Positions 52,384 to 64,000 of a stretch of 64,000 nt of DNA are shown here, in pieces. Position numbers and translations under genes: made by a program. The notes beneath the pieces are model-generated. The model did no database searches, had not been told where the DNA came from, and saw nothing but the letters and a program-made list of their open reading frames with translations. Position 1 is the stretch's first letter. Every line of letters starts with the position of its first letter. Origin of the DNA: Eledone cirrhosa (Eukaryota); NCBI GenBank assembly GCA_964016885.1, contig OZ024742.1:161138001-161202000 (forward strand). The letters are read 5' to 3'.

Positions 52384-52750
52384 TGGGCACTGGGGTATGT
52401 TAGTAATTGCCTCGGTACAAATCTCAAGAAGCTGGGCTTCACAGGAACAGAAAGAACACAACTAATTAGGAAATTACAAGTACAATCCATTAATGGAACA
52501 GTAAAAATATGTAAAACATTCCAAAAATTCTGCATGTACAGATGTACAGCATATTCACATGTACACATATAACTCAAAACATACACACCCACATATACAA
52601 TAACATCCATACCTGCACACACACGCATGCAGACATATCTACCTAGTTGATGTTGTCTAAATCCCAATGAAAGAGTTTTAAGTTAATGTTAGAAACCGGC
52701 TGCCTGTCTATTGGTAAATATTTATAAAACTATAAAACCAGAAGAATATA
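52384..52750 (+). mobile_element. Second, 5'-truncated Dong/R4 3' end
   Basis: Diverged repeat of about 51974-52372. Confidence 0.85.
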
Positions 52751-52847
52751 CATACATATAACTATATACGTGCATACATATAATACTTACCTACATACAT
52801 AATACATTCTACATACATACATATGATACTTACATACAATACCTATC

Positions 52848-52999
<152 letters not shown>

Positions 53000-53611
53000 T
53001 TTACAAAGCCTTACGTTGCTTCAAAAGATATCTTTGATAGTTCCAGCGAACATCGTTTAACGATGTTGTAAGTTAACTCGCTGATTGCTTTGCTATTGTC
53101 GGAGTGGGAGGTGGTAAGTAGGAGGTGAAGGGAGGTATGAATGGGTGAAATGTGATACACTTCATTTATAAATTATATATACGTTTCAAGATGGATTAAT
53201 CTAGCCAGCAAAGGGCAAATGTAATACCGAGAATTATTCGTATATATTTATGTATGTATATATATATGTATATATATATATATATCATGTATGTGCATAT
53301 ATGTATGTGTGTGAATGTATGTCAATATATGTGTATGTGTGTGTGTGTGTGCGTATTTGTGTGAAGAAACATATGTATACACATTAACACACATACATAC
53401 ATACATACATACATACATGCATACATACATACATACATACATACTTACTTACATACATACATACATACATATGTCATGTCATGCTTGATAAATATCAAAA
53501 ACGTTTATATAGCACTGTACAAATATGTAGTTATGTATTTGTAGTTATAAGCAAGACGAATAAGCGTGTGTGGGTGTGTGGGTGTTCATTTTGTGTATGT
53601 GTATGTGTTGG

Positions 53612-53892
53612 ACTTCCGTCGGTTCCGGCGACGAGTGTTCCTGTTGTTCAGAAAATAGAACAGGAATCTAACGTGCAAGTAGTCGAGCATTCTACAGACA
53701 CATATACCCTAGCATAGTTCTGGAGAAAATTCAGCGTGACAGAGTGTGTGACAAGGCTGTGCCTTGGAATTACAAGTACATTAATCCATGTTTGCTGAGT
53801 GGACTGAAGCAACGGAAAATAAAGTGTTTTGCACAATGGTACAATGTGCCGCCGAGTATCGAACTCACAATGTTACGATTGCGAGCCGAACG
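53612..53892 (-). mobile_element. tRNA-derived SINE
   Basis: Reverse strand GAGTTCGATACTCGG B box; tail homologous to 263-433. Confidence 0.7.
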
Positions 53893-54450
53893 CAAATAAT
53901 GATACTTTTGAGGACCAGCATAGGTTTCATAGACAGTGCTCATTAAGGCCCTATGTCTTCACATTCGAATAAACATATGAAGACATGGCTTAGAAGATCG
54001 CTAACCTAGAAACCTGATGTCGTCCATCCGGTGAGTTTTCTTCCATTGCATTATATATACAAATATATATTTGAAATGTTGTCGCCCCAACTCAAACAAC
54101 TATATTTCAAATTTCAAATCAACCGGATGTTCCCAAATCTGTGTGTAGCACATCAAAAAATTGAAGTAAGCTTTATTCCATCGTCTTTGTTTGTATGTTC
54201 AAATTCTAGCTGTCTGATTAGGTCATAGCTGTTGCATTATGGTTATCACCTAAATATATATAACAGCGACTTTGAAAAAAAACGAAGTTAATTTTAACCT
54301 GTTGACGTACACTTCATGTTTATATATATGTATATATACATATAAGTATTGAAGTTTCCGTTAAAAATTGAAAAAGTCATAGGAGTGAAGAGTGCTCTAT
54401 GTAAGTACCAGACCAAAATTTAATGTATAATAAACAATACAATATAATTA

Positions 54451-54518
54451 CCTCATTACCAGAGGTTTCCCGAATAAGACGATTACGAAAAACGTCCTCA
54501 TTCGTTCGTCGGACAAGG
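54451..54518 (-). ncRNA. Hammerhead-like motif (U4 to C) in PLE 3' repeat
   Basis: CCTTGT-CCGACGA-A-CGAATGAGGACG...CGTCTTATTCG-G-GAAA-CCTCTGGTA-ATGAGG. Confidence 0.65.
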
Positions 54519-55768
54519 CAATTTAAAACATAGTGAAATATTTGAAAAGTCTCCTCAAGAAATGCAAGTGTTTAACGGGCAAAAAATATATAGATAAAAG
54601 TTATGCAAGAGATATATAAAAAAATAAGGAAATATAGTTAGGGTATGTGTATATGTATGTATATTCACTCACAAATGTACATATGTGTGTATGTACAAAT
54701 GCATGTATATGGTGAAAATGTGTGCGTAAGTACATATATGAGGGCAAGTATATTTGTGTATATGTAACCAGAAATACGTATATAATATGAGTTGAAAAAG
54801 AAATTGTAAGATAATATAGTTAACACGCATCCAGATACAGGTATTAACTACGAGTATGAAAGCACGCGAATAAACACACACACACGCGCGGTCACTTATA
54901 TGCGGAAGATAAAGAGGGAAGGGAGTGTAATAGTAAAAAGAAGTGTCATTCTCGATATATGTATAAAAATGAAACAATATATGAGAATGAAAAATTTTTT
55001 TAAATCAAAGAGAAAGTAATCAATTAACACTAGAGAAAAGAAAACAAACATAGGTACGCACGTACATACACATATATATATATATAATTATTTATTCACA
55101 CAAATACGTACAGACAAAAGCGCATGCATGCGTACATACATACACACGAGGCACGTATATATATATATATATCGCCACATGTATATCTAATCACACGTAC
55201 GTACGCGACTATATATATATACATATATACATACACACCCATACATACATATACATATGCACACATATACATACACATACACATACATTCACCCGCATAC
55301 ACACACACGTATAAATAAGTATGTAAAAAACATAGATATAAAAAAACATAGATATAAAAACACGCATACACACACATATATATACGTACGCACGCACACA
55401 TACGGAGGCGTTCGTATACATATACAGAACGTATACACACATAAGCACACTCACACACATAGATACAGATTATAAACCAGCCGTATGAATAAATGAGTAC
55501 AAATATAAAATCGGCTGCGAAACAACAGAATATATCTGGAGTGGAAAACGCAACTGACATGTAATATCAGGTAGTGAAATAAAATGGGGAAGTAAAATGT
55601 GGAATGTGAAGATATTAGGTAAGTGAATCGAAAAGTAGGGGGGGGGGGGTTTACTGGTGGATGTGAAGTAAAAATTAAAATAAAATTAAAAATAAAGTTA
55701 AAAATGAAAGTAAATTAGAAAGAGAAGTCTGTAAAGAGGATAATTTAAGGAAAGTGAAGAATAAGAGT

Positions 55769-56250
55769 TTATGGAGGATAAGTATCTGAAAGTGAGTTAT
55801 GTTTATATGAGCTGGAAAGCAAGTGTGATTTCATGTGTGGGCAACTGGTGAAAATTTCTGTTTTTGTATTTAGGCAGGTTTTTGGTGATTTAAGGTTCTG
55901 TAAAATCCAATAGTTTTCACTTATGCAGAGTGTGCATCTTCTTGTTCCTCTTGCATATTCTTTAGATTGGTTCAAAATTGACCAATCCAATTTATATTGA
56001 ATACCTTGGTCTTTCAAATCCCATATTCTGCTAGCCAGAGCTGTTGTGAATCTTTTTTCTGGATGTCGGAAAGATGCGACATGTGAGTAATAACGCGTTT
56101 TGAATTTGTCTTGTGTCATACCCACATATCGTTCGCTGGTGGCTGGTTGGTTGTTGCTGATGGTTGTCACTTTAGCCGCATATACAATGGCTTTGGTGTT
56201 GCATTTACCTTGTAATGGGCATTCACTTTTGACTCTACAGGAGCAATTTT
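55769..56250 (-). pseudogene. GIY-YIG endonuclease, Naiad-like
   Basis: CPLQGKCNTKAIVY...YVGMTQDKFKTRYYSH...CTLCISE...LNTKTEIFTSCPH. Confidence 0.9.
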
Positions 56251-56806
56251 GATGTTCTCTGGGTGGTTTCTTATTGATGTTATAAGATTTAATAGGGGGA
56301 CCGCAGGAGTAGCTAATTTTGACACAGTTTATATTGAAGATCTTGTAGTATCTATGTGTTCTAGGGAAATGTTTATCTAAGAGCTCTAGGAATTTTTTGC
56401 CTACATTAGTTTTAACTGCTAGAGAGTAGGGGGGTGTAAACCAGATTATTTTTCTTTTCCTATTATTATGTTTAAAAGAGTTAGTATTGTTGGGTATGTA
56501 CTTAATCGGTTCGCTAAATCCGCTATTTTGAAGGGCTTTATTATAGTAGGGGATGCCTTATTGAAAATAGTTTCTGAGGAAGAGAGGGTGGAGATCCTAC
56601 GGCTAATATTAGGGATAAGGTTTTTAAAAACTATAGGAGGATGGCAAGAGCCTTTATTTATATATTTTAAATTTTCATTAGGTATATGGTATGGTTTATA
56701 AGAAGCAGTAGGCAGATCTAGGTTTATATCTAGAAAATTAACATTGGAAAGGTTAGTGTCAATAGTAATTTTAAGATTAAAACTAACGAAGGTTTTTATT
56801 AAGTCT

Positions 56807-57466
56807 GACTTTATTAATCGTCCTAGTTGTAGATTAATCAAACCTGCTAAGACTGATATCGGTCTTGCAAGCAAACAAATTTTAAATAATATAAACACAC
56901 AGATTAGAAGTAAGTCTGAATTACTCCAATGGATAAATAGCTCTTCCGTAATACGTTGGTTTAATAATATTAAAGATAAAAATAGTTCTAGATTCACCCA
57001 ATTTGACATTGTAGATTTCTACCCGTCTATCACTCAGACTCTTTTAGCGAAAGCCTTAAATTTCGCTAGAAAGTTTACCAATATTTCTGATATTGAAGAG
57101 AATGTCATCTTGCATGCTAGAAACACTCTACTCTTTACTAATAATGACACTTGGGTAAAAATATCTAACCCAGAGAACCCATTCGATGTCTCAATGGGTT
57201 CTTTTGACAGTGCTGATGTTCGTGATTTAGTCGGCCTATTCCTCCTACACACACTTAAAGAAAAATTCCCTAACCATATTTTTGGGCTTTATCGCGACGG
57301 TGGTCTAATACTTTCCCATACCACCATAGGCCATAACTTAGATAGATTAAGGAAAGACTTAATAAAAACCTTCGCTAGTTTTAATCTTAAAATTACTATT
57401 AACACTAACCTTTCCAATGTTAATTTTCTAGATATAAACCTAGATCTGCCTACTGCTTCTTATAAA
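56807..57466 (+). pseudogene. Naiad-like PLE RT core (inverted relative to the rest of the element)
   Basis: CRLIKPAK, QFDIVDFYPSI, FDVSMGSFDSADV, GLYRDGGL (catalytic DD mutated to DG), VNFLDI. Confidence 0.9.
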
Positions 57467-57587
57467 CAATATAACAACCGTCTTTCTTGTTTATTATTAT
57501 TATAAAACTCTGAATGAACAAAAATCGTGGAGTGCTTTACATCTATTAAGAAAAAGTTGGCAGATTTTGAATCAACCAGCTTTCTTC

Positions 57588-57649
<62 letters not shown>

Positions 57650-57872
57650 TAAAACATGTCTATAGAATCACCAGATAAAATACATACCATTTCCTCTCTC
57701 AATTAGCATAATTAACCATATAAAAAATCGATTAGACCAAGCTATAACAATAAAGGCTTCTATGAAGAAATCTCAGACAGATAACCGAATTGTTTTATGA
57801 TATATAGCTCTGATTATTTAATTTATTAACTCTTCATTGAGCCACAAAGTGACCCGTTGCAAAACACACATA

Positions 57873-57908
<36 letters not shown>

Positions 57909-57910
<2 letters not shown>

Positions 57911-58139
57911 CGAAGGAAATGTGCTAAGGAACCAGGTGGACCATAACGCACCAAAGTACTCAATACTTAGGGTGGTAGATTGGGTAATAGAAGCGAGTAG
58001 GACCCCGACGGCTGAGCTCAAGCCGTTTCGACGGCTAATTCTGGACTAATTCTGGACTAATTTAGTCCAGAGTTAGCCGTCGAAACGGCTTGAGCCCAGC
58101 CGTCGGGGTCCTACTCGCTCCTATTACCCAATCTACCAC
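57909..58139. repeat. F1 family fold-back
   Basis: 57972-58049 is the reverse complement of 58062-58139. Confidence 0.85.
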
Positions 58140-58392
58140 TCGAGAATCTAATTGTAATACGTGACGTATTCTATTCTATAGCGATTAGGTCTTCAAAATG
58201 TTTATTATAAACATACAGAATATTTTCGAATATTCTATGTCTATATTCACATATATATCGCTATTTCAGAGCATTTATTCCAATTTCTAATTTCTGCCGG
58301 ACCGGCAACCGCTCTTTCAAACCAGTTCCTGTACACAGCTAAGTATTCTATAAGTCTCTAGCTGTGTCATTCTCGATAAAAGCACTGGATAT

Positions 58393-58435
58393 GTAGTCCT
58401 GAAGATTTCTAACAAGAATGAAACGCGTAGATTAC
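58393..58435 (+). ncRNA. Type I hammerhead ribozyme (unit 1)
   Basis: GTAGTC-CTGAAGA-T-TTCT-AACA-AGAA-T-GAAA-CGCGTA-GATTAC. Confidence 0.88.
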
Positions 58436-58702
58436 TTCCCTTGCTTTTATCGAGAATCTAATTGTAATACGTGACGTATTCTATTCTATAGCGATTAGGT
58501 CTTCAAAATGTTTATTATAAACATACAGAATATTTTCGAATATTCTATGTCTATATTCACATATATATCGCTATTTCAGAGCATTTATTCCAATTTCTAA
58601 TTTCTGCCGGACCGGCAACCGCTCTTTCAAACCAGTTCCTGTACACAGCTAAGTATTCTATAAGTCTCTAGCTGTGTCATTCTCGATAAAAGCACTGGAT
58701 AT

Positions 58703-58745
58703 GTAGTCCTGAAGATTTCTAACAAGAATGAAACGCGTAGATTAC
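58703..58745 (+). ncRNA. Type I hammerhead ribozyme (unit 2)
   Basis: Same sequence as 58393-58435, 310 bp downstream. Confidence 0.88.
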
Positions 58746-58882
58746 TTCCCTTGCTTTTATCGAGAATCTAATTGTAATACGTGACGTATTCTATTCTATA
58801 GCGATTAGGTCTTCAAAATGTTTATTATAAACATACAGAATATTTTCGAATATTCTATGTCTATATTCACATATATATATAC

Positions 58883-58946
<64 letters not shown>

Positions 58947-59145
58947 GTATATATATATATATATATATATATATACGTATATATACATATATATATATAT
59001 ATATACGTATATATATATATATATATTTAACACCCTCATATATATATTTCGTTTCTGAATTTGTAAATTTATAAATATATAATAAATTGAAGTGAAAGCA
59101 ACTGGTGCGTGTGTTTCTTATCGGCAACATGACCCTCCCAAAGTA

Positions 59146-59363
<218 letters not shown>

Positions 59364-59626
59364 ACGATATTAATAAATGGAAACTATATTTATAAAAGCA
59401 TATTTAGAAAAAGACGGAGAGAAAGAAAAAGACGGAGAGAAAGAAAGAACGTGGAGAAATATCGGAGAGAGAGATGCATGGAGAAAAAAAGAAAGAGATA
59501 AGTAAAGACAGGAGATGACTTATTAAAGTTATATAAACAATTCACTATCTGGATGACTTCCAAAAATAATGGTTGCATTTTAATAGGGTACGTCAAAGCT
59601 TATTTGTAAAACTGTTATATATTGTA

Positions 59627-59687
59627 TTTTGTCTGATGAAGGCATACCATAATTTAATTTGGTATCCCTGAAATATGTATAATGAAA
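59627..59687 (+). ncRNA. Type I hammerhead motif in pLTR-like element (59362-59820)
   Basis: TTTTGT-CTGATGA-AGG-C-ATACCA...TGGTAT-C-CCT-GAAA-TATGTATA-ATGAAA; downstream part recurs at about 18360-18505 and inverted at 59362-59406. Confidence 0.75.
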
Positions 59688-59833
59688 TAAATATGCTTTT
59701 ATAAATATAGTTTCCATTTATTAATATCGTATATCTACTCCAAATACTTGTCGAGTGCTTTATATCAGTTATAAAAATATTTACTTGTTGTATCCCAACA
59801 ATTTTAAATAGAACTTTTGCATATATGTATATG

Positions 59834-59864
<31 letters not shown>

Positions 59865-59916
59865 GTACATATATATATGCATATATATATGTACACATAT
59901 ATATATAAATATATAC

Positions 59917-59988
<72 letters not shown>

Positions 59989-60014
59989 GTATATATATAT
60001 ATATATATATACGC

Positions 60015-60045
<31 letters not shown>

Positions 60046-60073
60046 CGCATATATATATATATATATATATACG

Positions 60074-60114
<41 letters not shown>

Positions 60115-60888
60115 GCATATATATATATATATATATACGTATATATATATATATATATATGTATATACGCATATATATATGTATATATATATATATATAT
60201 ATATACGTATATACATATATATATATACGCATATATATATATATATACGTATATATATATATCACGTTTATTAAAAAAAAGCCTTCGTGAGCCAACTTTT
60301 TTAAAGTAAAGAAATTCAAACAAACACACACACAACACAGACACACACACACACACACGCACACACACACAAGCACACAAATAAACATACATATCTTTAC
60401 TTTCTTTATTCAATAGAAAATCTGAATTCTGACACCCCAGCGAACTAACCATATTCACTGAACCAGAACAATTCTCCCATCCCTTTCTCTTGACCATTAT
60501 CTTTCACTTATCATAAAATTCTCTAAAAAGGCTACAGAATGGATTTCCAAATAAGGGCACGAAAATTTAATGAAAACTTGTTCACGTGACAGCCATAATT
60601 TCATTTATAACCAACCCAAAAAAAGCCTTCGTGAGCCCCTTGTTTCAAGTAAAAATAAATTCAAACACTCATATATGAAAAAACAACCTGTGACAACCCC
60701 CCCCCCCCCCCTTATTTGAAGAACTATTGTAACGCGAACTGGCGCGAAATTTATTATAATTATTGACAAACCAATCAAATTACTTCTCGAAAAACCTGGC
60801 ATTTCGAGCCATTTTTTCCATATAAAACAAGTAACATTCAGAGACCAACCAGATGTGAGAAAAACCACAGACCCTCCATCTCAACTCA

Positions 60889-60923
60889 CCTTTTGAAAAG
60901 CAGAACTGCGAAACCGGTAAAGG
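60889..60923 (+). ncRNA. Minimal hammerhead, U3-A8 variant
   Basis: CCTT-TTGAAAA-GCAG-AA-CTGC-GAAA-CCGGTA-AAGG. Confidence 0.78.
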
Positions 60924-61116
60924 AACCAAATAAATATATATATTATTTTTTTAAATAAGACTCCAGTTGCATTTTCGATTTCATCTCTTTTTCTTTATAC
61001 TTTCACTCGTGTAGGACACCTCGGTTATTTTTCAATTTGTAAAAAAAACCTCACTTTCTAATATAAATATATATATATACGTATATATATATATATACGT
61101 ATATATATATATATAC

Positions 61117-61209
<93 letters not shown>

Positions 61210-61293
61210 GGGAAGAAAGAGGAAAACTGCGTGGTTTCATATGGGTTACATATTATAAAATTAGTCCCTCATCAGTGATTTGCCAACCATCAT

Positions 61294-61345
61294 AGGTATT
61301 TCATCGCATTAAAAATCATATGATTTTTAATGCGATGAAATACCT
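61294..61345. repeat. Perfect ~52-bp palindrome with no loop
   Basis: AGGTATTTCATCGCATTAAAAATCAT/ATGATTTTTAATGCGATGAAATACCT; a degenerate minus-strand CTGATGA...GAAA lies just to the left. Confidence 0.85.
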
Positions 61346-61587
61346 CAGGTTGATGCGAGCAATAACTAAAATAAGCTATTGGGACAAGTGAATCGCGTAA
61401 AGCGAGTGAGACAAGTAAACAACATAGAAGGAAAAGCAAACCGAAGGTAGGAAAAAAGCAAGCACCATGATGGTTATCCGATCAGCATAGGCTGGGTGAA
61501 TTTCATGAGCGGTCAAAAAACAGACCGTTCGACGTGAATGAGATGTGAGAAAGAAAGAATCCCACTACTAACGTATATATACTATAC

Positions 61588-61631
<44 letters not shown>

Positions 61632-61635
61632 GCAC

Positions 61636-64000
<2,365 letters not shown>

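Larger units (their letters stand above)
54340..57466 (-). mobile_element. Naiad-like PLE with inverted RT segment
   Basis: Minus strand carries RT thumb, GIY-YIG, long 3' region and an HHR-like motif; upstream RT lies on the plus strand at 56807-57466. Confidence 0.85.
58141..58872 (+). mobile_element. 310-bp tandem repeat (about 2.4 units), one HHR per full unit; retrozyme-like
   Basis: CGAGAATCTA at 58141, 58451 and 58761; units appear identical; ends in (TA)n. Confidence 0.9.

Noticed and set aside
58141-58872. CRISPR-like array reading of this and other repeats
   Set aside because: Whole units repeat with no unique spacers; eukaryotic context and no cas genes

Overview
AT-rich, microsatellite-laden eukaryotic intergenic or intronic DNA, most likely from an octopus or other cephalopod (inferred from recalled SINE consensus sequences, not from a search). 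No host protein-coding gene is recognisable, and most entries in the ORF track are translations of (TA)n/(CA)n tracts. Real coding remnants all belong to retroelements or transposons: three Tx1/L1-clade LINE copies, a decayed Dong/R4 LINE, an apparently intact RTE-group LINE running off the right edge, Penelope-like elements (PLEs; three Naiad-like, one Neptune-like) and a mariner derivative. There are also many tRNA-type SINEs. The striking unexplained signal is about 20 hammerhead ribozyme (HHR) motifs from many unrelated short non-coding families, nearly all wedged between (TA)n tracts. They occur as (i) tandem or circularly permuted units of about 310-560 nt with one HHR per unit (retrozyme / circular-RNA-like; best case 58141-58872), (ii) head-to-head fold-back palindromes, and (iii) non-canonical cores (UUGAAAA, GCAA, CAGAAGA) or very long helix II inserts. 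All structures were paired by eye; no folding or database search was run.
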